From contig JAYZQJ010000037.1 in the NCBI GenBank assembly GCA_036149055.1, positions 1-36,859 of the forward strand: a stretch of DNA of 36,859 nucleotides, written 5' to 3'. Of the stretch, positions 18,972 to 29,421 are shown in pieces. Position numbers and translations under genes: made by a program. Within the stretch, counting starts at the first letter, position 1, and every line of letters starts with the position of its first letter. This DNA is from Myxococcota bacterium (GTDB lineage Bacteria; Myxococcota_A; Polyangia; Polyangiales; Sandaracinaceae). The notes beneath the pieces were generated by a model, which saw only the letters and a list, made by a program, of their open reading frames with translations, made no database searches and had not been told where the DNA came from.

Positions 18972-20086
18972 TGAAGATCTTCGTCACCGCCGCCGCCGGC
19001 ACCGAGAAGCCGCTCAAGGAGGAGCTGCGCGAGCTGGGCTACCGGCGGCTCCAGGGCCAGCGCGGCGGCGTCTGGCTCTCGGGCGACCGGGAGGTCGCCG
19101 CGCGCATCTGCCTCCACAGCCGGGTCGCGGTGCGGGTGCTCGCGCAGCTCGGCCGCTTCGACTGCCCGGACGAGGACGCGCTCTACCGCGGCGTGCAGCG
19201 GCAGGAGTGGGCCCGCTTCCTGACGCCCGACCGGACGCTCGCGGTGACCTCGGTCGCGCGGAACAGCCGGCTCCGGCACACCCAGTACATCGCCCAGAAG
19301 ACCAAGGACGCGATCGTCGACGGGCAGCGGGTCCGCGGCGGGCGGCGCTCGTCGGTCGACCGCCACGATCCGGACGTCGCCGTCTTCGTGCACCTCGAGA
19401 AGGACGAGGCGGGCGTGTTCCTCGACGCCTCGGGCCGCTCGCTCCACTTGCGCGGCTGGCGCACCGAGGCGAAGGACGCGCCGCTCAAGGAGACGCTCGC
19501 GGCGGCGATGGTGCGGCTCAGCGGCTGGGACCGCGAGACCCCGCTCGTCGACCCGATGTGCGGCTCGGGCACGCTGGCCATCGAGGCCGACCTGATGGCC
19601 CGCGGGGTCCCCAGCCACCCGCGCGACCACCGCTTCGGGTTCGAGCGCTGGGCCGACTACGACGACGCCGCGGCCGCCGCGGTCGACGCCCTCAGAGGCG
19701 AGGCCTTCGCCGACGTGCGCGAGGCAGGCCCGCCGTGCCGCGGCCTCGACGTCGACGCGGAGGCGGTCGCGATCGCGCGCCGCAACGCCGAGCGGGCCGG
19801 CTCGGTGGCTCGCTTCGCCGAGGCCGCGCTCGACGCGCTCCGCCTCGAGGGGCCCCACCACGTGCTCTCGAACCCACCCTACGGGCAACGCCTCGAGGCG
19901 GACGCCGCGTTCTGGGACGCGCTCCGGGGAGCGATGAACCGGCACCCCGACTGCGTCTTCAGCTTGCTGCTGCCCGAGGAGGGCGCGCCGCGCGACCTCG
20001 GGGAGCGCCGCGCGGTGCGCGCTCACCCACTCTTCAATGGCCGAATCCGCTGCCGTTTGGTGACATGGTCACCGGTCAAAAGATGA
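18971..20086 (+). CDS. THUMP-domain class I SAM-dependent RNA methyltransferase (RlmL/YpsC-like)
   Basis: THUMP region (KTKDAIVD), DASGRSLHLRGWR, APLKETLAAAM, DPMCGSGTLAIEA, SNPPYGQRL, LFNGRIRC; translationally coupled (TGATG) to the upstream gene. Confidence 0.9.
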   Translation: MKIFVTAAAGTEKPLKEELRELGYRRLQGQRGGVWLSGDREVAARICLHSRVAVRVLAQLGRFDCPDEDALYRGVQRQEWARFLTPDRTLAVTSVARNSRLRHTQYIAQKTKDAIVDGQRVRGGRRSSVDRHDPDVAVFVHLEKDEAGVFLDASGRSLHLRGWRTEAKDAPLKETLAAAMVRLSGWDRETPLVDPMCGSGTLAIEADLMARGVPSHPRDHRFGFERWADYDDAAAAAVDALRGEAFADVREAGPPCRGLDVDAEAVAIARRNAERAGSVARFAEAALDALRLEGPHHVLSNPPYGQRLEADAAFWDALRGAMNRHPDCVFSLLLPEEGAPRDLGERRAVRAHPLFNGRIRCRLVTWSPVKR

Positions 20087-20101
20087 GGCACGTTTGATGC
20101 C
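20086..20101 (+). promoter_or_regulatory. Putative sigma54 (-24/-12) promoter
   Basis: AGGCACGTTTGATGC: GGCACG and TGC with exact GG-N10-GC spacing, in an AT-rich patch upstream of the kinase gene. Confidence 0.5.
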
Positions 20102-20222
20102 ATATTGATGGCCCAGTATTGATGGCTCCTGGGGATTGGTTACAATCCAAGCACCTCGACCCCAGGCGTAGCCGCGGGGATCGAGAGGGGGGCGCGCGCG
20201 AGGGGGACCCAAGCGAACGCCG

Positions 20223-21935
20223 ATGGGGGAGTCGAACGCTCGGACTGGCGCGGTGCTCGTGGACGTGAAGAAAAGCGCAGGAGACTCCGATCCGCTCGTC
20301 GGGAAGGTCATCCACGACCGCTTCCGGATCATCGCGCCGATCGCGCGGGGCGGGATGGGCGCCGTCTACAAGGCCGAGCAGGCGCCGCTCGGTCGCCTGG
20401 TCGCGATCAAGGTCCTCAGCCCGAAGCACGAAGAAGACAAAGATCCGGAGTTCCGGAAGCGCTTCTTCCTCGAGGCCGCGACCGTCGCGAAGCTGAGTCA
20501 CCCGAACACGGTGACCGTCTTCGACTACGGGCAGAGCGAGAACCTCTACTTCATCGTCATGGAGCTGCTCGAGGGCGTCACCCTCAAGAAGGCGATGAAG
20601 CAGGCCGGCGCGATGGCCCCCACCCGCGTCGTGCACGTCATGAAGCAGATCTGCCGGTCCCTGCGCGAAGCGCACCGGCTCGGCGTGATCCACCGCGACA
20701 TGAAGCCGGGCAACGTGATGCTGCTCGAGCAGGGCGACGAGAAGGACTACGTGAAGGTCCTCGACTTCGGCCTGGTGAAGGACGTCGACGCCGCCGAGGA
20801 GGACGAGGACCTGACGCAGGCGGGCGTGTTCATGGGCTCGCCGAAGTACATGTCGCCCGAGCAGATCCAGGGCGAGCGCGTCGACCGCCGGAGCGACATC
20901 TACTCGCTCGGCGTCGTCATGTACGAGATGCTCTGCGGCCACCCGCCGTTCCAGCGTGACAAGCAGGTCCAGATCCTGATGGACCACATCAACGCGCCGG
21001 TGCCGCCGATGGACGTGCCCGAGGGCCGCCCGCCGATCCCGCCGGAGCTCCAGCAGGTCGTCCTGAAGTGCCTCGCCAAGAAGCGCGAGGACCGCTTCGA
21101 CGACATGGAGTCGCTCCTGGTCGCGCTGAAGATGGTCGCCGGGGAGCTGTCGCTGCCCCTGCCGCCGTCCGGCGAGATGGGCCTGACGGGCGAGTACATG
21201 CTCGGCGGCACGCCGGTCAGCGGCATCCACACCCTGAGCGCCGACGCGATGCGCACGACGTCGAGCGGCTCGATCTCGGCGCCCACCATCACCGGGACGG
21301 GGAGCGGGCCGATGACCTCGTCGACCTCGGGGCAGGTCCCCGCGATGGTCGCGTCCGGCTCGCAGCCGCTCGAGCGCGGCGGCAACAAGCTCGCGGTGGC
21401 GCTCGGCGTGCTCGCGCTCCTCGCGGCGGCCGCCGTCCTCGTGCTGGTGCTCGATCCGTTCGGGAGCGGCCAGGCCTCGACGCCCACCGGCTCGACGGGG
21501 GCGACCGCGGCGCAGAGCCCGCCGGAGACGCCGCCCGAGCCGGAGACGGAGACGCCGCCCGAGGTGGCCCCCGAGGTCGAAGAGGAGACCACGCCCGAGG
21601 CGCCGGCGCCCATCCGGTCCGTCATCGTCGAGCTCGACTCGCGACCGTCGGGGGCGATGGTCCAGATCGGCGACCACGAGTACGGCCCGACGCCGGCCCA
21701 GGTCGAGCTGACCGGCGAGCAGGCGGCCCCCGGCGCGGAGCTGACCTTCGTCTTCACCCGCGACGGCCACCGCGAGATGACCGTGACCCGGAACGTCCCG
21801 CGCGAGGGCAACCTCGAGGTGAGCGCCCGGCTCCGCCGCACCTGGACCGCGCCCCGCCGCGGCGGCGGGGGATCCTCGGACGAGTCGCCGCAGGAGACGG
21901 TCACCCCGGCCGGCTACCGCGACTCTCCCTACTGA
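20223..21935 (+). CDS. Membrane-anchored Ser/Thr protein kinase with extracytoplasmic PEGA domain
   Basis: ARGGMG, VAIK, HRDMKPGN, DFG, GSPKYMSPEQ; TM LAVALGVLALLAAAAVLVLVL; P/E-rich linker; LDSRPSGAMVQIG..YGPTP (PEGA); ends GYRDSPY. Exact start uncertain. Confidence 0.9.
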   Translation: MGESNARTGAVLVDVKKSAGDSDPLVGKVIHDRFRIIAPIARGGMGAVYKAEQAPLGRLVAIKVLSPKHEEDKDPEFRKRFFLEAATVAKLSHPNTVTVFDYGQSENLYFIVMELLEGVTLKKAMKQAGAMAPTRVVHVMKQICRSLREAHRLGVIHRDMKPGNVMLLEQGDEKDYVKVLDFGLVKDVDAAEEDEDLTQAGVFMGSPKYMSPEQIQGERVDRRSDIYSLGVVMYEMLCGHPPFQRDKQVQILMDHINAPVPPMDVPEGRPPIPPELQQVVLKCLAKKREDRFDDMESLLVALKMVAGELSLPLPPSGEMGLTGEYMLGGTPVSGIHTLSADAMRTTSSGSISAPTITGTGSGPMTSSTSGQVPAMVASGSQPLERGGNKLAVALGVLALLAAAAVLVLVLDPFGSGQASTPTGSTGATAAQSPPETPPEPETETPPEVAPEVEEETTPEAPAPIRSVIVELDSRPSGAMVQIGDHEYGPTPAQVELTGEQAAPGAELTFVFTRDGHREMTVTRNVPREGNLEVSARLRRTWTAPRRGGGGSSDESPQETVTPAGYRDSPY

Positions 21936-22762
21936 CCGCGCTGCAGCCGCTCGAGCTCGGCCGCGTCGTGGGCGCTGAAGAGGCGCACGTCGGCGTGATC
22001 GCGGGCGAGCTCCCGGAGGCGCTCCTGGTTGCGCAGCAGGTCGGCCGTGTCGAAGGCGGCGAGCTTCTGGAAGAGGCGAAGCCCGCCCGGGCACGAGGGC
22101 GCCTCGACGTTCATCTCGTCCTCGTGGAAGTAGGCGTCGCCGCAGTGGAGGAGCCAGCCGTCGCCGGTGTCCACCGCCACCGCAGAGTGCCCGCGCGAGT
22201 GCCCGGTGACCGGCACGATCAAGATCTCGGGCGGCAGGCCGCGCAGGTCGCGCGCGCAGGCGAAGCCCTTCCACGCCTCCCCGGACGCGTCGTAGGTCTC
22301 GAACCGCGCGCCGTGTGACCACTGCACGCTCCGGTAGCGCTGCCTCTCGGCGCGGGTCGGCGGATCGGTCGCCGCGCGATGCTCCTCCACGTAGAGGTGG
22401 ATGGCGGCGTCGGGGAAGTCGCTCAGCCCGCCCGCGTGATCGAGGTCCATGTGTGTCAGGACGACGTGCTGGACGTCGGAGGGGCGGTGGCCGAGCGCCT
22501 CGAGCTGGCGCAGCGCCGTCTCGGCCGGGTCGAGCACCGGCGCCGCGATCTTGGGGAAGAGGCCGCCGAGGCGCTGGCGAGGCGTCGCGCAGTCGTCGGT
22601 GCCGAACCCGGTGTCCACGAGCACGAGGCCGTGAGCGTCGGTCTCGAGGAGCAGCACGTGGCAGACGAGCCGGCTGGTCGAGAAGAAGCCGCCGCTCCGG
22701 CCGTCGAGCCAGCCGCCGCCGCGCGGGCACATGGTGCCGCAGCCGAGATGATGGATTCGCAT
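21929..22762 (-). CDS. Metallo-beta-lactamase-fold hydrolase
   Basis: [38 protein letters not shown]. Confidence 0.9.
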   Translation of the reverse strand: MRIHHLGCGTMCPRGGGWLDGRSGGFFSTSRLVCHVLLLETDAHGLVLVDTGFGTDDCATPRQRLGGLFPKIAAPVLDPAETALRQLEALGHRPSDVQHVVLTHMDLDHAGGLSDFPDAAIHLYVEEHRAATDPPTRAERQRYRSVQWSHGARFETYDASGEAWKGFACARDLRGLPPEILIVPVTGHSRGHSAVAVDTGDGWLLHCGDAYFHEDEMNVEAPSCPGGLRLFQKLAAFDTADLLRNQERLRELARDHADVRLFSAHDAAELERLQRGQ

Positions 22763-22828
22763 GCGGGGAGCTTACCGCGGGGGGCTCGTGCTACACGGCA
22801 CCGAACTCTCGAGAAGGAGAAGACGTCG

Positions 22829-23590
22829 ATGAAGGATTTCGTAGCGCTCGTGACGGGCGGCGCCTCCGGTCTCGGCCGGGCGACCGTCGAGCACCTGGTC
22901 GGTAAGGGCGGCAAGGCCGTGATCGTGGATCGCGACGCGGAGCGCGGAGAGGCGCTCGCGAAGGAGCTGGGCGACGCGGCCCGCTTCGTGAAGACCGACG
23001 TCACCAGCGCCGACGACGTGCAGAAGGCGATCGACGCCGCGGCCGAGCTCGGCACCCTGCGCGTCGCCGTGAGCTGCGCCGGCGTCGGCTGGGCGGCCCG
23101 CACGGTGAACAAGGAGGGCGAGCCCCACGACCTCGACCTCTTCCAGAAGATCATCGCGGTCAACCTGGTCGGCACCTTCAACGTGCTCCGCCTGGCGGCG
23201 GCCGCGATGATGAAGAACGAGCCCGGCGAGGACGGTCAGCGCGGCGTGATCGTGAACACCGCCAGCGTCGCGGCGTACGACGGCCAGATCGGCCAGGTCG
23301 CCTACAGCGCGTCCAAGGGCGGCGTGGTCGGCATGACGCTGCCGGCGGCGCGCGACCTCAGCCGCGCCGGGATCCGCGTGATGACCATCGCGCCCGGCAC
23401 CTTCGACACGCCGATGCTCGCGGGCCTGCCCGAGAAGGCGCGCGTGGCCCTCGCGGCCGCCATCCCGAACCCGGCGCGCCTCGGCGATCCGGCGGAGTTC
23501 GGCGCCCTCGTCGGGGCCATCGTCGACAACGGCTACCTCAACGGCGAGGTGATCCGGCTCGACGGCGCCCTCCGCATGGCCCCCAAGTGA
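22829..23590 (+). CDS. SDR, type II 3-hydroxyacyl-CoA dehydrogenase (HSD17B10-like)
   Basis: [73 protein letters not shown]. Confidence 0.93.
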   Translation: MKDFVALVTGGASGLGRATVEHLVGKGGKAVIVDRDAERGEALAKELGDAARFVKTDVTSADDVQKAIDAAAELGTLRVAVSCAGVGWAARTVNKEGEPHDLDLFQKIIAVNLVGTFNVLRLAAAAMMKNEPGEDGQRGVIVNTASVAAYDGQIGQVAYSASKGGVVGMTLPAARDLSRAGIRVMTIAPGTFDTPMLAGLPEKARVALAAAIPNPARLGDPAEFGALVGAIVDNGYLNGEVIRLDGALRMAPK

Positions 23591-23627
23591 TCGGCGCCCA
23601 AGTAGTCTGAGATCGCGGCGATCCGAA

Positions 23628-23677
23628 ACGCAGAAGAGCGAAGCGGGGTCGGCGACCCGGCTTCGCTCTTCGTGCGT
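23628..23677. terminator. Long inverted repeat between convergent genes (bidirectional terminator or REP-like)
   Basis: ACGCA-GAAGAGCGAAGC-G-GGGTCG-G-CGACCC-G-GCTTCGCTCTTC-G-TGCGT forms a stem of about 23 bp; no U-tract. Confidence 0.6.
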
Positions 23678-23688
23678 CGGCCCGTCGA

Positions 23689-24231
23689 TCAGGAGCAGGA
23701 GCAGGCGACCGAGTCGGCCTCGCCGAGCACCAGGCGGCAGGGCGCGTGACAGGCGCTCTGCAGCGCGTAGTCGAGGACGCGCTCGGCGCGGCAGTCGCCG
23801 TCGGGGGCGCCGGGCATCGCGTCGCGGGCCGCGGCGCAGTCCGCGAGGCCCTGCCACTCCTGGGTGTGGAGGACGCGGAAGCCGTCGGCGCCGCCCTCGA
23901 GCATCGTCCACTCCTCGTGCACCCACGCGGCCTCGCAGCCGGGCACGCGGCGGTTCGTCTCGGCGTGATACGACTGGCTCGGAGAGAGACGCACCCGCGG
24001 CGCCACCAGGAGCGGCGCGTCGGTGTCGGGCACGGGCGCGTCGACCGCGCCGCCCTCGACGAGGACCGCGACCTCGCCCATCGCGCCGATCGCGCGGAGC
24101 GGGGAGCAGGCGTCGCTGTCCGCGCTCGCGCTGAGCTCGTAGATGCCGGGCGCCACCTCGTCCGAGGGGTGGGCGCTCGCGCAACCGACCGCGCCGATCG
24201 CCAAGAACACCATCAACGTTCGCTGGATCAT
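23689..24231 (-). CDS. Hypothetical Cys-rich lipoprotein
   Basis: MIQRTLMVFLAIGAVG-C lipobox; GGGAGG RBS; 8 further Cys, ends ACSCS. Confidence 0.72.
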   Translation of the reverse strand: MIQRTLMVFLAIGAVGCASAHPSDEVAPGIYELSASADSDACSPLRAIGAMGEVAVLVEGGAVDAPVPDTDAPLLVAPRVRLSPSQSYHAETNRRVPGCEAAWVHEEWTMLEGGADGFRVLHTQEWQGLADCAAARDAMPGAPDGDCRAERVLDYALQSACHAPCRLVLGEADSVACSCS

Positions 24232-24347
24232 CGATGCCTCCCTGCTGGGCCCCAACGACGGTCGCCCCCGTCGCTGAACCGATGTCGGCGGTAACCGGCC
24301 GGAGGCCGCGCGGTCAAAAAAATGGTCGGCGGATGTAGACTGCGCGG

Positions 24348-25340
24348 GTGGATCTCGACGAGCTCGAGCTGCGGCCCTCGCCCGTGCCCGTGCGGGTGGT
24401 GTCGCTGACCAAGCGCCGCACCTCCGCCCCGCTCTCCATCGAGGGGCGGTTCGCGGCCTCGCGCGCGGTGGTGCTCAAGGCGCCCGCGTCGGGGGTGATC
24501 ACGGGGCTCGACCTGCAGCTCGGCGACCCGGTGCGGAAGGGCGACGTGGTGGCGGCGATCGGCGAGGCGATGCTGCGGCAGCGCGCCCTCGCGAGCGAGG
24601 CGGCGGTGCACGGGCTCGAGGCCGCGCTCGCCGAGCGCGAGGAGGTGCTCGCTCAGGCCGAGCAGCGCGGCGAGCCTCCGGAGCGGCTCGCGAGCTTCGA
24701 GGCCAAGCGCCGCGCCGCCGAGCACAAGCTCGCGCAGGAGAAGGTGCAGTCGAAGCGCCACGCGCTGCTGCTCGAGCAGGCGACGGTGGTCGCGCCCTTC
24801 TCGGGGCGAGCGTCGTCGGTCAGCGTCGCCGGCGGCGCGACGGTGGTGACCGGCAACCCGCTGCTCGAGCTGGTCGAGGTCGACCCGCTCGTGCTGGTGC
24901 TCGACGTGCCGACCTGGGTGGCGCGGGTGCTGAAGACCGGCGACACGATCCAGGTGGAGTCGCCGTCGATCGAGGGCGCGCGGCGCGGGGTGGTGAGCCG
25001 CTGGTCGCCGACCTCGGCCGACGACACCCGCCGCATCCTCGTCGAGGTCGACAACCCGGACGGCCGGCTCGCGGCGGGGGAGCGCGCGACGGCGATCCTC
25101 GACGTGGGCGAGCGCGACGCGTGGTTCGCGCCGCGGGCCGCCCTCCACCACGAGAAGAAGACGACCCAGCTCCAGCTCGTCGAGCACTCGAAGGTCCGGG
25201 TCTGCAAGGTGCGGGTGGTGGGCGGCGACGACGTGCAGGTGGAGGTGGCCGGGCGTCTCGAGGCCTCGCAGCTCGTGGTCCTGCACGCCGAGCGCCCCCT
25301 CAGCGAGGACGCCGAGGTCGTGATCCGCGGGGATCATTGA
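24348..25340 (+). CDS. RND-type efflux periplasmic adaptor (membrane fusion protein) homolog
   Basis: LKAPASGVITGLDLQLGDPVRKGDVVAAI (lipoyl half), coiled-coil hairpin, VVAPFSGR, LVLVLDVP, TRRILVEVDNPDGRLAAG. Confidence 0.8.
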   Translation: MDLDELELRPSPVPVRVVSLTKRRTSAPLSIEGRFAASRAVVLKAPASGVITGLDLQLGDPVRKGDVVAAIGEAMLRQRALASEAAVHGLEAALAEREEVLAQAEQRGEPPERLASFEAKRRAAEHKLAQEKVQSKRHALLLEQATVVAPFSGRASSVSVAGGATVVTGNPLLELVEVDPLVLVLDVPTWVARVLKTGDTIQVESPSIEGARRGVVSRWSPTSADDTRRILVEVDNPDGRLAAGERATAILDVGERDAWFAPRAALHHEKKTTQLQLVEHSKVRVCKVRVVGGDDVQVEVAGRLEASQLVVLHAERPLSEDAEVVIRGDH

Positions 25341-25433
25341 GGTTCTGGCCCGCCGTGTGGGAAGGCGCACGCGACGCGGCGGCCCCGGGCGCTATGCTCC
25401 CGGCCCCCACCCGAGCGAGAGGACGAACCCGAC

Positions 25434-26426
<993 letters not shown>

Positions 26427-26430
26427 CCCG

Positions 26431-27081
26431 ATGAAGCTCTACGGCTACTGGCGCTCGAGCTGCTCCTACCGGGTGCGCATCGCCCTCGCCCACAAGGGCC
26501 TCGAGGTCGAGCACGCGGCGGTGCACCTGGTCAGGGACGGCGGCGAGCAGCACGCCGAGGGCTTCACCCGGAAGAACCCGATGGGGCAGGTCCCCGTGCT
26601 CGAGCTCGAGCGGGACGGCGCCGTGGTCCAGCTCGGGCAGTCGGTGGCGATCCTCGAGTACCTCGAGGAGGCGCACCCGGAGCCGCCGCTGCTGCCGTCG
26701 GATCCGTGGCTCCGAGCCCGGGCCCGCCAGCTGACCGAGATCGTCAACGCGGGCATCCAGCCGCTCCAGAACCTGCGGGTGATGCAGGCCCTCGACCGTC
26801 AGCACGGGGTCGACGCGAAGGCCTGGTCGCGGGGGCACATCCACGCGGGCCTGCTCGCGTTCCAGGCGGTGTGCGAGGGCGTCGCGGGCCGCTACTGCGT
26901 CGGTGACGCCGTCAGCTTCGCCGACTGCGCGCTGATCCCCCAGCTCTACAACGCGCGCCGCTTCGGCATCGACGTGGAGAAGGAGCTGCCGCTCCTCCAC
27001 CGGATCGACGAGGCGTGCGGGGCGCTCGAGGCGTTCCAGGTCGCCCACCCCGATCGGCAGCACGACGCGCAACCCTCCTGA
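26431..27081 (+). CDS. maiA: Maleylacetoacetate isomerase (zeta-class GST)
   Basis: LYGYWRSSCSYRVRIAL, NPMGQVP, QSVAILEYLEE, GIQPLQNL, PQLYNARRF, AHPDRQHDA. Confidence 0.95.
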   Translation: MKLYGYWRSSCSYRVRIALAHKGLEVEHAAVHLVRDGGEQHAEGFTRKNPMGQVPVLELERDGAVVQLGQSVAILEYLEEAHPEPPLLPSDPWLRARARQLTEIVNAGIQPLQNLRVMQALDRQHGVDAKAWSRGHIHAGLLAFQAVCEGVAGRYCVGDAVSFADCALIPQLYNARRFGIDVEKELPLLHRIDEACGALEAFQVAHPDRQHDAQPS

Positions 27082-27099
27082 CCGAGACGGAGAACGAAC

Positions 27100-28251
27100 A
27101 TGTCCAAGGTCGAGCCCATCGGCATCAAGCGGATCGAAGCGCTTCACTACTACGTCCACGACCTCGAGCGCAGCCGGCGCTTCTACAGCGAGCTCATGGA
27201 CTTCGCCGAGATCGGGATCAGCGACCCCGAGCTCGACGCGCGCACCAAGCAGCGCTCGGCGCTGTTCAAGGCCGGCTCCATCCGCGTGCTCGTCAGCGAG
27301 CCGGTGGGGGAGGGCGGCCGCGCCTGGCGCTGGCTCCAGAAGCACCCGGACGGCGTCGGCACCCTGGTCTTCGAGGTCGAGGACATCGAGCGCGCGTTCG
27401 TCCTCCTCGAGGGGCGCGGCGCGACCCCGATCAACGACGTCGAGCACACCGAGGTGGACGGCGGGAAGTTCAGCACCTTCTCGATCACCACGCCCTTCGG
27501 CGGCACGACCTTCCGGTTCGTGCAGCGGCAGGGCAAGCCCGGCCTCTTCCCCGGCTTCATCGAGCACGACGAGCCCAAGGGCGGCAGCAACCGCTACGGC
27601 TTCACCGGCGTCGACCACATCACCAGCAACTTCGAGACGATGAGCCCGGCGTTGCTCTGGATGGAGCACGTGATGGGCTTCGAGCGCTACTGGGAGATCG
27701 CCTTCCACTCGAGCGACCTGTCGAAGCAGAAGGTCGAGGGCTCGGGCCTGAAGTCCGTGGTCATGTGGGACAAGCCCTCGGGCGTGAAGTTCGCCAACAA
27801 CGAGCCGATGCGCCCGTACTTCCGCAAGTCGCAGATCAACCTCTTCCACGAGGACCAGCGCGGCGACGGCATCCAGCACGCGGCCCTCGGGGTGCGCGAC
27901 ATCATCGAGTGCACCCGGGGCCTGCGCGAGCAGGACGTGAAGTTCATGCCGACGCCCGGGACCTACTACGACATGCTCCCGGATCGGCTGAAGCGGATCG
28001 GCGTCGGCGAGATCGACGAGGACCTCGACGTCCTGCGCGAGCTCGAGATCCTCGTGGACGGCAGCGCGGAGCACAAGTACTTGCTCCAGATCTTCCTCCG
28101 CGAGTCGGCCGGGCTCTACGAGGACCGCGAGGCCGGGCCCTTCTTCTACGAGATCATCCAGCGCAAGGGCGACGCGGGCTTCGGGGGCGGCAACTTCCGC
28201 GCGCTCTTCGACAGCATCGAGCGGCAGCAGCGCGACGAAGGCCGCATCTGA
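27100..28251 (+). CDS. hppD: 4-hydroxyphenylpyruvate dioxygenase
   Basis: HPDGV, DHITSN, NEP...KSQI, GIQHAAL, YLLQIF, FFYEIIQRKG..GFGGGNFRALF (His/His/Glu Fe ligands). Confidence 0.95.
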   Translation: MSKVEPIGIKRIEALHYYVHDLERSRRFYSELMDFAEIGISDPELDARTKQRSALFKAGSIRVLVSEPVGEGGRAWRWLQKHPDGVGTLVFEVEDIERAFVLLEGRGATPINDVEHTEVDGGKFSTFSITTPFGGTTFRFVQRQGKPGLFPGFIEHDEPKGGSNRYGFTGVDHITSNFETMSPALLWMEHVMGFERYWEIAFHSSDLSKQKVEGSGLKSVVMWDKPSGVKFANNEPMRPYFRKSQINLFHEDQRGDGIQHAALGVRDIIECTRGLREQDVKFMPTPGTYYDMLPDRLKRIGVGEIDEDLDVLRELEILVDGSAEHKYLLQIFLRESAGLYEDREAGPFFYEIIQRKGDAGFGGGNFRALFDSIERQQRDEGRI

Positions 28252-29405
28252 TGCTCGACCGGATGCAGGTGGGCGAGGTCCCGCGGAAGCATCACATCGC
28301 GCTGCGCGACGCCGACGGCAACCTCCGCTGGGAGGAGTGCCTGACCCGCGACGGCTTCGAGGGGCCCTACACGATCCTCTATCACGAGGGCCGGCCCCAC
28401 GAGCAGCGGGTCTCCGAGGCGAAGCACGGCTGGGTGGTGCCCCGCGAGTCGGGGCCGCGACCGCTGAAGAAGCGGCACTTCCGCTCGCAGGATCTGGACG
28501 GCGGCGGCGCGCCCCTCGACGCGCGCGTCCCGCTGCTGTTCAACGCGGACGTCACCCTCTCCACCCTGCGTCCGGACGCGGCCGACCCGGTCTACTTCGT
28601 CAACGCCGACGGGGACGACCTCTTCTTCGTCAAGCAGGGCGGCGGCGTGCTGCGCTCGATGCTCGGCGACGTGCGCTTCGAGGCCGAGGACTACGTCTTC
28701 GTGCCCAAGGGCGTGCTGCACCGCTTCGAGGTCGACGAGGGGCCGCAGGAGTGGCTCTCGATGGAGCTGCACGGCGGGCTGCACCTGCCCAAGCAGTGGC
28801 GCAACGAGGTCGGGCAGCTCCGGATGGACGCGCCCTTCTGCCACCGCGACTTCCGTCGGCCCACCTTCGAGGGCCCGCGGGACGAGGGCATCCGCGAGCT
28901 CGTCGTGAAGCGCGACGGCGCCTTCCACGGCTTCTCGCTCCCGCGCAGCCCCCTCGACGTGGTGGGCTGGGACGGCACCGTCTACCCGTGGGTCTTCCCG
29001 ATCCTGAACTTCCAGCCCCGCGCCGGGCTCGTGCATCTCCCGCCGACCTGGCACGGCACCTTCGGGGCGCGCGGGGCGCTCGTCTGCAGCTTCGTGCCGC
29101 GGGTGGTCGACTTCCACGAGGAAGCCGTGCCCTGCCCGTACCCGCACAGCTCGGTCGACGTCGACGAGTTCCTCTATTACGTGCGCGGCAACTTCACGAG
29201 CCGCAAGGGCGTCGGGCCGGGGAGCGTCAGCTTCCACCCGGCGGGCATCCCGCACGGCCCGCACCCGGGCGCCTACGAGAAGAGCCTCGGGACCCGGCGG
29301 ACCGACGAGCTCGCGGTCATGCTCGACTGCCTGCTCCCGCTCCACGCGACCGACGCGGCCCGCGCGATCGAAGACGCCGGGTATCACGACACGTTCATCG
29401 AGTAG
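28251..29405 (+). CDS. hmgA: Homogentisate 1,2-dioxygenase
   Basis: NADGDDLFFV, PLDVVGWDG, HLPPTWH, SFVPR, PYPHSSVDVDEF, HPAGIPHGPHPG, ELAVMLD; TGATG coupling to hppD. Confidence 0.93.
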   Translation: MLDRMQVGEVPRKHHIALRDADGNLRWEECLTRDGFEGPYTILYHEGRPHEQRVSEAKHGWVVPRESGPRPLKKRHFRSQDLDGGGAPLDARVPLLFNADVTLSTLRPDAADPVYFVNADGDDLFFVKQGGGVLRSMLGDVRFEAEDYVFVPKGVLHRFEVDEGPQEWLSMELHGGLHLPKQWRNEVGQLRMDAPFCHRDFRRPTFEGPRDEGIRELVVKRDGAFHGFSLPRSPLDVVGWDGTVYPWVFPILNFQPRAGLVHLPPTWHGTFGARGALVCSFVPRVVDFHEEAVPCPYPHSSVDVDEFLYYVRGNFTSRKGVGPGSVSFHPAGIPHGPHPGAYEKSLGTRRTDELAVMLDCLLPLHATDAARAIEDAGYHDTFIE

Positions 29406-29421
29406 TATCCTCCGCGCCAGC

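Noticed and set aside
21929..22762. MBL-fold gene as an antibiotic-resistance beta-lactamase
   Set aside because: No signal peptide, and the HxDxDH variant fits a general cytoplasmic hydrolase/lactonase-like family
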